Shown in pieces: positions 18,441 to 30,700 of a stretch of 64,000 nt of DNA. The stretch spans positions 7,871,225-7,935,224 of the forward strand of contig CM119269.1 of the NCBI GenBank assembly GCA_051294375.1, given 5' to 3'. The notes below the pieces were generated by a model, which was not told where the DNA came from, did not search any database, and saw only the letters and a list, made by a program, of their open reading frames with translations. Source of the DNA: Paraspadella gotoi. Lineage: Eukaryota > Animalia > Chaetognatha. The position numbers were made by a program, and so were the translations under genes. The first letter of the stretch is position 1, and the number at the start of each line of letters is the position of its first letter.

Positions 18441-21400
18441 TTACTGAAAGTTCTTCCATTCCAAATCTTTTAGTATCCATTTTTGATCGGACTTTCCGCT
18501 GCAGGGACCGATTTCCGGCGTGTCTCGGTCCCCGCCGGAGGCCGGGCCGCCGAGGCACTAAGGGAGGAAGGGTAAAATAAAATTCATCAAGTTTTTTTTC
18601 CGTTGAATCGTCTTGAAGAAAGATCAAATCGTAGTCATCGTTCCGACCGCAACCTGGTTGCTGTTGACGTGCCGCACGGCGAGGGATCGCTTGTCGTATT
18701 CCCACAGTTGATTCCCCTTCATTCCGTGGCACTTGTAGAGTTTGACGGGTCCACCGTGAGCTGAGACGTCCAGGCACAAGTCGTCCGTCATGATCTCCTT
18801 TTTCTTCGTGTAGGAGAAGACTTGATTCCCGCCCATCCCGTGACAGTTGACCACGCCTACCTTCTCCCCGTTCTTGCGACCCATACTGTCGAGGCAGCGA
18901 CCGGTGTCGCTGTGCTGGATCTGGAAATGGTAAGAAAGGTAAGGAGGAGCGAGGAAAAAAGTCGATGGCAATAGTGGTGGGATCATTGGAAACGGTTATG
19001 GATAAAATAAGATGGTAGATGGCGAGAAAGTGATGTAAAGCATAGCGAGAAGGAAAGAAAATGATGGGGGGTTGAAGCGCAACGAAACCAACGTGACCGT
19101 ATCTAAAACAAGAGGCTACATATACCCATCCCTGGATATTAATAGATATTAACACTGATAGAAAATATTAAAATTTTAAAAGAAATACCTCTCCGAGAGA
19201 GAAGTACTCCAAAGGCATGTGGGATTCGGGATAGATATTCTCGAGATACCACCGAAAAGTTTTGCACTGGAGATTTGATCGGAGGCCGCGCCGTTCGGTC
19301 ACGTCGCCAAAGTCCGTGTTGCGCACCCCTGTCAAAAATGAGAATTGTTTTTATTTTAAACTTGAGCAAAAGTTTTATTTAATATACACTTTATACAGGA
19401 ATTTTATTTTTTTTTATTCCTTTTTTTTCTAGAATATATGGCAAAACTTAAGGGAACTGTAAAAAGTAAGGTTAGGCATCGAGATAAATTATGAGGTGAG
19501 TAAGGAAGGAATGTTAATGTCAATCGTTTAATTCCCGAAGTTCATAAGCGCACGTCACGTCTCTCAAATCCCATCGAAAATGAAGTTTCTGCCGAAACAC
19601 CCCTCTCCTCCTCGAGAAAGGTCGCGCAACAGCAAAAAGCTGGAGTAAAAAGACTGTTAGAACTGTATGACTGTATGAACGGGGGCCCGAAAAGCTAAAT
19701 TTCTACCAAGCGGAACTTGCAAAATTGAAGAGAAAAGAAATGTCATGAACGCACTTACGCCTTTTATTTTAATCTCTCAACGGAACCATCGACGAGAAGA
19801 CTAAGACAAACAAATGTTTTTTCCGATGTTTTTAAAATCCCGATGGCCATTTAGAATTTCGATGAGAGAAAGAAACTGACCTGGATTAATCTTGTAATAA
19901 AACTCTTTCCATTCGTCCATCCAAACTTCTGCCAAACGCGCGTTGTTGTGATTGATCACGTGACCCGTGCCGCCCGGAAAAGTATACGGTGTCGCCTGTG
20001 TGTTTGGGGAGAGTTTCAATAATTTATATTTGTATATTATTAATTAAGCTAATTCAATCCATAGTAAGGCATTACCTTCCGAAAAACGTGGCCGACGTGT
20101 GAACAAGTGACGATGAGCAAAGTCCCGTGACACATCCATATCTGAGAAGGGATTCCACCCGATATTGTTTTACACACCAGAAAAAATACAAAACCTTCGA
20201 AAAGTCAAAAGACAAAACCGAAATTGAGATTCACCCTGAAGGACAGCTCGAGATTCTCTCCGCCCCAGATGTCCATCCCGGGGTCGTATTGGCCCAGTTC
20301 CTCGAACTGGTCTCGGTGGATGGAGAAGAGCCCTCCCGCCATGGTGGGCGTCCGCGTGGGAAGAGTTCGGTCGCCTGCCCGACGGTCCATTTCTCTGCCC
20401 GGGAGAATTCAAAAAAAGAAAAAAACTAAAATGTGAAGACAACTAAAAATTATAAAAACAAAATTCTCCTCAATTCTCACCGTTGGGGAACGGGGTACCA
20501 CCGGAAGTTGAGCTTCCAGTTGAAGCCGCCCCACGTCATGTCGCTGCCGGTGATGTATTCGAACGTTTCGTCGCTGATGACGTCGATGATGGGACAGACG
20601 ACCCTCTTTTTGTCGACGGCGATCTCGGCCAGAAGCGGCTCAAGCCAACCTTGAAGGAAGAGAAAAAGTAGAACGGGGTAATTGTTTTTCTTTTTGATTC
20701 GTGAATCGTCGCGATACAATAATTATCAATACAATGCAAATGAGAGCAGTGACCCGAGTAACGAGAAGGAAAACGGATAAAACCAACAAATAATAAAAAA
20801 AAACATTACAAGAAAACATTACTAAACACAAGAAAAAAGAAAAGCAAAAAACAATTGAGAGGAGGCACAAAAATCAAAGAAAAAATCCACGATCGCCCCC
20901 AACCTCGAGTCGCTTCGCAGTGAGCGTCGAGAAATGTGAGGACGGGCGCCTTGGCGACAGAGGCGCCTCTCAATCTGGCGCGGATGAGACCCGAACGGGC
21001 GCCCATCCTCTCCACACGAACAGGGACGGGAAACTTGGCCGTCTCTTCCTCCAGAGGTCGGCCCAAGTATTCGCGTTCTGAGGCGTCGTCGACTGATTGA
21101 ATTGAGAAAAAGAATAATTTTTCAAAAATGTCGACAAACAAAGCCCTAAATGTTCAATAATGCAATGCAAATTGTATGATGTGAGAATGCGTTTAATACG
21201 TTCTTGTTCACAGTTATGCAAATTTCCATTATTCTTCGGTTATAACCAATGGAAAAAATCTTAAAAGCATAAGGATCGTCGCAATTGCATAAGAAAAATC
21301 TGGATTGACGACAAATTTTGATACTAAAAAAAATCAATTTTGAAAAAAAAAATTTATAAACAGAAAGAAAAAAAGAAAAGAATAAATAAAGAATAGAAAG

Positions 21401-23571
21401 GAAAGAAGGAAAGAAAGAATAAAAAAAAAAAGAATAGAAAAGGAAAGAAAGAATAGAAAGGAAAAGAAAGAATAGAAAGGAAAGAAAGGAAAGAAAGAAT
21501 AGAAAGGAGAGAAAGGAAAGAAAGAATAGAAAGGAAAGAATAGAAAGGAAAGAAAGAATAGAAAGGGGAAAAAAAGAAAATTAATTTATATACAGAAAGA
21601 AAAATTCTATTTTGCGATTGTCAATTTACAGTTAGTTTCTGAAAAAAAAAAAAACCTTTTTCATTGTCAAAAGAATAAATATAAAACACTAAAATAACTT
21701 ATTTCGAGTTTAATTTTTAGCAAGTGCTAAGACTGGAGTAACATTATTGAAGGTACTTTTGTTTTACTTTTAGCCCGCATAAGCGAGCAGTTTGATCGAA
21801 TGCGACCTCTCTAAACACTGTCAGCATTCCCAGACAAAAGACAAAGTGAAACTTGAATCAGACTGACGAAGTGAAGTAAAGACTAAAGTGAAATAAAAAC
21901 CCGATGTTACTATAGCAAAATGATAACATGCACGAATGCGATGCTTAATTTTGCGAGTTCAATCCCAATTCAATTTTTTTTTTTAATAAAAACACAGAGA
22001 GAGAGAGAGAGATAGAGAGAGAAAAGAAAGAAATCAAATGGCAGCAGCAGAAGCAGCAGGAGAAAAGAGAGAAAAAGAGAGAGCCCCTGCAGAGCCAGCT
22101 GCAGACTCAAAAGGCAGCAGCAAAAGCAGCAGGAGAAAATAGAGAAAAAGAATAAGCCCCTGCAAGCCAGCTGCAGACTCGTTTTTTTCCCTATGTCTAT
22201 GATTATGAATCAGTGAATAGGGAAAAGAGAGAGGGAGAGAAACATGTAATTAAAGAAAAAAGAGAGAAAATTTGTTTGTTTTGATAAAACGTAAACAAAA
22301 CATATTTAATAACTGTCCAGACTCAATTTTAAGCACATTGATGATGAGAAGCTGTATATAAATTTTCAGCTTCATAAACCCAAATTTAATCAAAAAAAAA
22401 GCGATCTATAATTTGGAACGCCCGACCGACGACGACGCCGACGCCACTTATGCGCAAAAGTGTTACAATATCGCTTAGCGATTGCGACGATAAAAACATT
22501 AACTCAATCTCCCCCCCCTCAAAAAAAATAAAAAATAATTGCCCAAAAAACTATATTTCTATAATAATTAATTGAATAACCCATTGAACTCTAAGAGTCT
22601 AAGACCTAGAATGATTTCGGCGATGAGGTGATGAGGCGATCGGTTGATGACGGAAGTGACGGTCCGAAGCAGCGTCGACCACGCCTCGTTGTGAAAGACG
22701 ATGATGATGGAGGTTGAGGGGAGTTGGGTGGGGTAGGTCTTTGATTTGCAGCTGGAAAGGTAAAGCGGAAATAGAAAACGGGAGACTACGTGACGGCTAA
22801 GTGACTCACCCTTCCATCCTAACGTCGGGCAGCGTCCGGTTGAGCCGGATCTTATCGCTGGCCATGATGTTGAACTGATTCAGTTTGAATTTCGTCCTCA
22901 TCGTCTCCTGCTGATCCTTGGGGATGTAGACCGGGCGACCCATTTCGCCCGGCGCGCCGTCGTCGGCGGCGTCGGCGGTCCGACGTTCCCCGGGTCGAGA
23001 TTTGGTTCCGCCGCCTCCGAAAAGTTTGCCGAGGAGTCCGCCCTTACCGCCTTTGCGGTCTTCGCCGCCACCGCTGGCGCCGCTTCCAGCGGCGCCACCA
23101 CCTCCGCCGGCGATGCCGATCTTGTCGCCGGCCAGGGCCGCGCCACCCCCGCCGGGGTCATCGTGACAAGATCGAGAGGCGCAGTCGGTGAAGTACATGA
23201 TGATGAGGACGTCGAAGAGGAACCAAACTAAACTCGTAGCGAGTATAGCCTTTTGGACCCGGGGGGGAGGTGGGCGTGGTGGTGAGGTGGCATTTAGGAA
23301 GGGAAGAAATCGATGTTTAATATAAATTAATCAATAAGCTAATTGAGACGTGGTAGTCATATCTTTTTCTTTTGATCAATGAAAAATTCCCAAAAAGTCG
23401 AACTAATGTAAATTTATTATTTTAACTACGCGAAAAAAAAAAAGATTTGAACGTTTAAATTACGACAGATACGAAAAAACCTACGAACGCCCTCCTCACC
23501 TTGCAGTAGATGAGCTGAGTTCTCGAATGCATCCTGAAGCTGCAGAACCGCAGCGGATTAGAGATCCTCAT
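18441..23571 (-). CDS. GALNT1: polypeptide N-acetylgalactosaminyltransferase (GALNT1/13-like), multi-exon
   Basis: Motifs IYCK|[23 protein letters not shown] (TM), [25 protein letters not shown] (DxH), [31 protein letters not shown], and ricin-B lectin [25 protein letters not shown]; stop at 18441. Confidence 0.95.
21360..21575. repeat. purine-rich low-complexity tandem (AAAGAATAGAAAGGA-like)
   Basis: Repeated AAAGAATAGAAAGG units in a GALNT intron. Confidence 0.8.
22040..22180. repeat. ~73-bp tandem duplication in GALNT intron
   Basis: GGCAGCAGCA.AAGCAGCAGGAGAAAA...GCCCCTGCA..GCCAGCTGCAGACTC occurs twice. Confidence 0.85.
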
Positions 23572-24403
23572 GCTCCCTCGGGTGAGTCAAAGATGATGAC
23601 CAAGGGGTGAGGAAGAGGCGAAGGGCGGGAGGTCACGAGGTTCTTCCGACCCAAGCGTCGCGTCGACAAGTTGGGCGGCCAGAGTCCCGCCTTTCTTCAT
23701 GGCAAGAACCACGACGACGACCACGAAGGAGAAGCGTCCGCAACATAGCGCCAAAGAATATTGTAGTTGTTGCTCGTTGATGATCAGAATGGAAACGATG
23801 GGAAAGGGGCCAAGGGTAAAGTGGCCAAGGGGAAAGGGCCCAAAAGATGGCCGGGAAGGAACGAAAGGCTCGCGTCTTTTCTCTCCGATCGTTGCCGATT
23901 ATTTTTCCCTTCCGAGTCCTTTTTAATTTCGCATTTTCAATTCGAAGATCGAAAAAAGAGAAAAAAAAGTATTTTTGAGATCAGATCTTTGGTTTTCGTT
24001 CACGAATTCCTTCGGCTTTTCTCTCTTTTCGTTTTTTCATTCGAGGAATTTTTAAAGGACGAAGTCGCAGTTGTCGTCGTCGTCGTCCCCCCGCTGCGTC
24101 TCGATCCTCGTAGTCATTAAGCGCGGGCTTTGGGGACGGCCGGACTCGAAGAAAGCGCTAAAATAAATCAACGGGGAAAAGCGGGACCCGCCTGGCTGTT
24201 TTGAAAAAAGGGGGAGAGGTGGGATGAGCAATTAAGAATCTTATTGAATTAACAAAGAAAGAATTACGAGGTAAAAGATTAACCTTAACAGGAAATTAAA
24301 TGACAATTTCGATCAACCCAGGACAAAATAGGGGAAAAAAAATAAAAGCCGGGACGAGACAGAAGAAAAAACCCAGCTGGACTCGGCGGTTTGCGACGAA
24401 CAA

Positions 24404-24515
24404 TGACGTCACCGGTTGACGTCAAATTCTCTTAAAAGTCCAGATACGTGGCGGAGGGGCGACGGACGCGTGGCCGAAGGGGGCGAACGACGCCATCGAG
24501 GATCGCGTGACGTCG
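24404..24515. promoter_or_regulatory. CRE cluster in the CpG-rich region between divergent GALNT and pacifastin-like genes
   Basis: TGACGTCA at 24404-24411 and 24417-24424; ACGTGGC at 24446-24452; a further TGACGTC near 24508. Confidence 0.45.
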
Positions 24516-25243
24516 TCGCAGAATCGGAGGACCACCCGTCGGGCTACCCGGCCGTTTGGAGCCCGAACGGGTTTATCGACGAAGACGAGGAATTTCCGTG
24601 GAAAGATTTCGTCGGATGTCGTGATGGACGATGAAACGTCTTTTGGTCGAGGATGTTAAGATGACGAGGGCATCTGGCGGAAGAATTGGGTTTCACGTGA
24701 GGGCACTTGTTTTGCGGAGGAGACTTCGATACCTTGAATCTGGGCCTGGGGACCCCAGTGGGGTGATCTACAGTGAGATACTCATTGTGTTAATCCTTTC
24801 GTGAGATACTCCAAACACTACACATTGTATTTCAATGGCTAGTAATCATATCCTATGGCCCTACCAAAATTTAAATAATTTAAATTAATAGAAGACAGAA
24901 ATTTCATTAAAGCAGATGCCTGGAATCGGAATGATGTTGCGAAAATTCCGGGGACATTAATTTTCATATTTATTAATAATATTAATACATCACAAAAATA
25001 ATCGGAGATAGGATCCTCCCTAAACCAACCCCAGTCAGTGATTTTGTAAATAATCGTGGGAAAACAGAGAACTCTGGGGGGAAAAAAACGTAAAAGTTCA
25101 CGACCCTACTCCCACAAAAAAATTCAGACTAAGTTTAATTGATAAAAATTAAAGATTCGAAACTTCAGCTCTCAACACAATTCATTCTATTTTCTTACAA
25201 TTTTTTACATATGCCCAACGATTAACCAAACTCGTCTGGCTCC

Positions 25244-25763
25244 ATGGCCGATTTCGTCTTCAACCTTCTGCCGCTAATTTTGGCCGTCTCCTTGACGACG
25301 GGATGTCAAAAGGAGGTCATTACCTACAAGGACGCCGTCTGCGAAGAAGACGAGGAGGCACTGCGGAAGAACGTCCGCAACTCCACCCCGGGCATCGACG
25401 ACGGATGCAACAGATGCTTCTGTCGAGAGGGACAATGGAGATGCGAGCAGATTAGATGCGGGTGATGAATGCTGGGGCGGAGAAGTAAATTAACCATATG
25501 GTTTCCGATTACTTCGGGATTTAACTTTCGAGCTTTCATCGTTTAATACGACTAGAATCTGGAAATCTCCTTATTGAATTTTTCTTCCACACAGATGCAT
25601 GCCGGGGACGCTGTTTCACACGTGGAACGGGACGCACAAGTTGGCCTGCTACTGCAGGTTCGACGGAATCCCCGACTTCGACGACTGCACCAAGGAGTGG
25701 GTCTACGTGCGAGAGCGGAGGCGGATCAGGGGTAGGGCCAGTAGGGCCTGGAAAAGACCTTAA
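25244..25763 (+). CDS. small secreted Cys-rich protein, pacifastin-like/VWC-like; exons 25244-25461 and 25595-25763
   Basis: Signal-peptide-like N-terminus; CNRCFCREGQWRCEQIRC; second exon GCMPG...ACYCRFDG...DCTKEW; phase-2 GT-AG intron. Confidence 0.75.
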
Positions 25764-27765
25764 AATGGCTGAGGGTAGAAAATGAAGAAAATTTTAGCTC
25801 CGGCGGAAGAAACCTATCCTGCCTAATCAATGAACGTTGAAGGAACATATCATTTTTGATATCATGTACAACATACACATTACATTGTACAGTCGCCAGA
25901 ATCGCCAGAATGAGTTGACAGTTTTTCGAAACGAGTCATATCTCATTCCACTTTTTTTCCGCTAACGAATAAAATGATTTTTCAACTGGGATTCCTTCAG
26001 ACGGCGACGAAACTTTTTCATCAACATTCATAACTGACAATATTTTACGATCAAGTCTAAGAATTTCCAAATGATTTAACGTGAATAAGATGGTTTATTA
26101 ACGCAACAAAAGCTGTGCCAAGTGTACAAGTCATAATTTCGTGGTAAGATCGAAGGCATGAAACATGCAAAGAACAGTTTGCTTTTGAAAATGAATAACT
26201 GCATCACAATTTTCAAGAATTTTCGGGGGGCTTTTATAAGTCGCCGATAGAAGGAACAGCTTAAACAGACATAACAATGCGTCTCATCTGAAAATACTAC
26301 ATATCTTTTATCAGAAATTCAGTTATTCAAGGCGAAAAGGTTTTTGCCTGTTGCCCAAAAAATGCGATGGAACCTAGTAGAAAAATTTACCTAAAAAAAA
26401 CTTTAGCTTTGCGGTATAAAATGTTATCGTTAAGTAGCAAAAAAATGCAGAAATAGATAAAATAAGTTTCTTAATAAATGAGGAACTTAAATTAAGCATT
26501 AAGTCGGACTGTGATAGATATATATGATAGACTACCAACGTTCAGTTTAAAATTACGATAATAGTCAAAAAAATTATAATCGCAAATAATAACCTGTCGT
26601 CCGACAACGATATTTAACGATTAATGTTTTCATGCATAGACACTAGCATAACGATATACGCATTCTGCAATATGCAATAATGGTATTGACATCACGACTC
26701 CCAGAAAGCCATAAGTAGCAGATATCATAAGTGATAGATCATTTATTTTAGTGTATATAAGCAGTCTTTCAACCCCAAATCGGCAGTGAGTGAATTTTAA
26801 TATTAAAAATAAAGAAAAAAAAATTGTAGTCAAGATTATATATGCGAAAGAATAAAGTGAATCAGTAATAGTTTGCTTTTTTTAACGGAGCAACGACTAA
26901 GCACAAAAGCTAAGAGAGGATATTCATATTGTTCGCTTAATTATATAAAAAAAAAAAGATCTCGCACGGTCTCACGCGATGTTTTTATTTTTAACGGTTG
27001 TTGTTTTTCGATCCGTTAACCCGAATGATGATTTCATGACCTTTCCACGATTCCATGGCAAGTTTGAAAGTGTGAGAGGCTGTGAGGAGAGGAAGGTAAG
27101 AGACGCAATTATTCCATGCACCTCTTTTCAATAACGATATTTTAAACAAAATGACATTTTAACAAACAAAAGATTCAATCATTTTCCATGATTATAACTG
27201 TAAGAATGCAACGCTCGTTAAAAAAAATTGTTTATAAAAAGAAAATTGTAAAATAACCCAATTTGACAAAGATAAATCTAAATCCGGATTTGAAAGTTTG
27301 GAACCGTAAACAAAATTTTAATTTCGTAAAATACGTTATTATAACGTGTATTTGCATTATTTTAACTTTGAAAGAAAATGTTCTACTTTGTTCAAATTCG
27401 AAGGAAAATTTCATCGACTTTTTTTTGAAGCGAACAATTTGACAGCAATTAATGCCCTTTTAAAAACCCAAATATATATTACAGAATGATACTGCAACAG
27501 ATGGAAAAACGTCATTAACGTTCGTACTGAAAAAAATTTGTATGTGTAAAATTAGCCAAAATATAATGGAACAAGCTAGCTCAGTCTGAACTAGTTCCAA
27601 GTTACTGTCCCCTGATAATTTTTTTTCAGAAAAAAATAAAAGGTTTGAAATGGGGAAAAAAAGCCGGTTTGTGAAAGGGAGAAAACGAAAAAGGAAAAAA
27701 AAAAGTTGAAAAAGCCTTGTGCATTCATCCGCTTTCGGCCGGAACCACTTCCGGCAATTCGCCGA

Positions 27766-30700
27766 CTACTTCGTCCGAGGCGCCGGAAGATGCGGCGGTG
27801 GCCGGTGGCGGTTGCGGAGGATTCCGACGAATACGTTAGCGTCGTTGCCATGGCTGCGGGAGGAGATGAAGATAAATGGGGAGAAGTTACAGAAAAAAAG
27901 AGTGAGAAAGGAAAAAAAAAAAAAAAAGAAGAAAGTTGAAGAATAAAAAAAATGTAAAAAGTAATAATATATTGATTGTTGTTTCGAACAATAAAATTTA
28001 AAAACTTTCGATGGCCAGACGAGGAAGACGCAATCGTCAATGCAACCCATAATCAGTCGATCAACACAAGCACGCTATCTACGTTTCGAAAGTCACGGTA
28101 AATAAAAATAGGGAGAGGGGCGGTGGAGAAGCGGATGCTGACCGGCTTGCGGCACGAACTCCGAGATAGAAGGATCGAAGGAGATGCCGGGCTTGTCCGG
28201 CGGCGCCGGCGAGTCCGGCTCCGACCCGCCGACGTTGGGGTCCACGATGGGAATCGCTTTCAGCGGCAACTTGGCGCTGAGGGCGTTGACTCTCGCCGAC
28301 GGCGACGCCATCATCGGCGCGGAGCTTCGAGGGAGGAAGAAGAAAAGAGTCCGATAAGTCAAAATCGGGTCGACGAGATTAAAGAGAGCCAATCCACGTA
28401 TTCGATCCTTACCCCTGCAACAGACTGGCGTCTTGGTTCATGGTTGCGTGGTAGATGTTGTTTTGTGTCGAAGGATTGCTATAGTAGGTGGTTCCCCCAT
28501 GGACCACTTCCGAGGAACTTCCAGCAGAGTGAGCGATGTAGTTAGTGGCTGCCAAAATTGATGTAAAATTGATAATTAGCCGTAAGTTCCTTATGATCCA
28601 AGTCCCGTTAACGAAACCTTACCCGATTCTGCTACGGGTTCCATCGCCGGAATCTCTATCGGCGCCGGCGGCATAATTGCCACCGGCGCTTGCGACTGAG
28701 GCACCGAAGGAGGGTTGGTGCCGGCCGCGGCGAAGGCCATCATATAGGCAGCTGCCGCCGCAGCCATCGATCCAGGATCAGATGGAATGGGAGCCGGTTG
28801 CGGTGGCGGAGGTGGCGGTGCGGGATTGGAAGGGTAGAGGATTGGATCTGAGATTTTAAAAATAAAGGAATCACTGATGAGCAGTCATTCGTATTTAAAT
28901 TAAATTGAAGATCTTTCTTTCACCTATGGGGTTGCTCTGCGCCATAGCGGCGGCAACGGCGGCGTTCTGGGCGTGAGCAGCGACGGCGGCGTTTTGAGCC
29001 GCGACTGCGGCATTCTGAGCGGCATGGAGATCGGTCGTGGCGTGGTACGCCGGGGCCGAAGCAACCAAAGATCCCGGAGCGCCGCCTACGAATAAGAGGA
29101 GGCGGGATGAAGCTTTCATTATATGGTCTTTTCGTCACTGACCACGACAGGATGGCGACGACGATAACAACAGCAACGATTAATGGATTGATTAATTGAT
29201 TGCCGCTTGCATTTACATTATATAAAAAAAATCAATTAGTGAAACAGGTTTCTCGTTTTATCCATTCAAACTAATTTCCACTTGGACGATTTCATCAAAA
29301 CTTAATATCCAGCTAAATCACACTTTCCTATCCACACACAACATTTCAATTTAATCCATCCATTGTGGACGCAACAAGTTTCAGAGTAAGAATAATTGTA
29401 TTCTTCAACAAGGTGATAAACAACAAAAGTCGAAATGCTTAGATGTTAAGTCAATTACAATGGTATTTACCAGGTCAACGTTTGACCATAAATAATTGAG
29501 GGAAAACGATCGAGGGTAGATTTGGTAAAGTCAAATGGTTTGACCAAGGTTGCGTGTTGTAGTTGTTCGTCCACACCATCCAATAAATATTGATTAGAAT
29601 AAAGACTAAGGTTAAAGGCAGAATCGAAGGCCGGGAGATGACGCGAGTCTACAGTTCCTCTTCTCTCTCCTTTCTTCCTCCCTCCTCATCCTCCTCACGG
29701 GGATTCGGAGTCGCGTTCAAGTTTAGGTTCAGTCCATCTTTTCCTCTCTCCGTCTCTTTCTCTCCCCTTTTTTGGACCCTTACATACCATTTTTTGATAT
29801 GAAGTGCAGACCTAAGTGCCAAATACATTTATTCTCCTCCCATTCCTTTCCGTTTTTGTTAGACATGAGACTCAGTTAGGCCCAGAGCCCTTCAGTTAGA
29901 GTAGCGCCCAATGTGGGACAAGAAAATGACTAACTCACCAGTATAAAAGGCGGAGGGCGTTGGTGCGACGGCCAGTGAAACGGAGGTGGAAACTGAAAAT
30001 TAAATTTAAAAAAAAAGTGTTTTCTGAAAATTTTTTCATCACCTCAAGTCGAGGGCATTCTAACCGGGATACAAAGACGGTGGCGCGGCCGGAATGAGGT
30101 TCGGCGCCGCCGGTAAAGTCGGAGTCGTGGTCGGGAAAGAGGGCGGCGCTGACAAGGCGGGAATGGCGGCGGCGCTAACCGAAGGATGAATGGACGGCGC
30201 CACGACGAACTGAGATTTGGGAGCGAAGGCGGCGCCCACGCTGGGTGACATCATTTCGCTCGGGGGCGGCGGCGCCACCATGGTGACGACCGGACGAAGG
30301 GTTGGCGCCAAAGTCGTCGACGGCACCGACTGCCCCAAAGGCGACAACTTGGCAGCCGCGGCCGCTGCGGAGCCGCTGACGGTATGTAGCGGCGGGGGCG
30401 GTGGCGGCGGCGTGGAATCTTTCGCGTCCTCCGCTCGATCGCGCTGGACGCGTTGCGAAGAATATCTTAGTGAAGAGAAAGAGAAACTTTGTCGATCATG
30501 TCAACGTAAACTTGAATAAGTATGTAAACTTAACTAGGGAAACTGGATCCTAACCTCTTGTTGAGCGCGGCTTTTGCTGCATCCTCGTTGGCGCTGTTTC
30601 CTGTCTTCGGCGGTGGGCCCTGAGCGAATCGCCCGGATCCCGGTTGTTGGGCGTGGCGGCTCGTCGCCGCCGATCCTCCACGCCCTCCTCCGATCGCCTC

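Noticed and set aside
18355-19155. 266-aa minus-strand ORF
   Set aside because: Out-of-frame read-through of GALNT lectin exons and introns.
25286-25306. Bacterial lipobox (SLTTGC) implying horizontal transfer
   Set aside because: The gene has a spliceosomal intron and animal-type Cys domains; likely coincidence.
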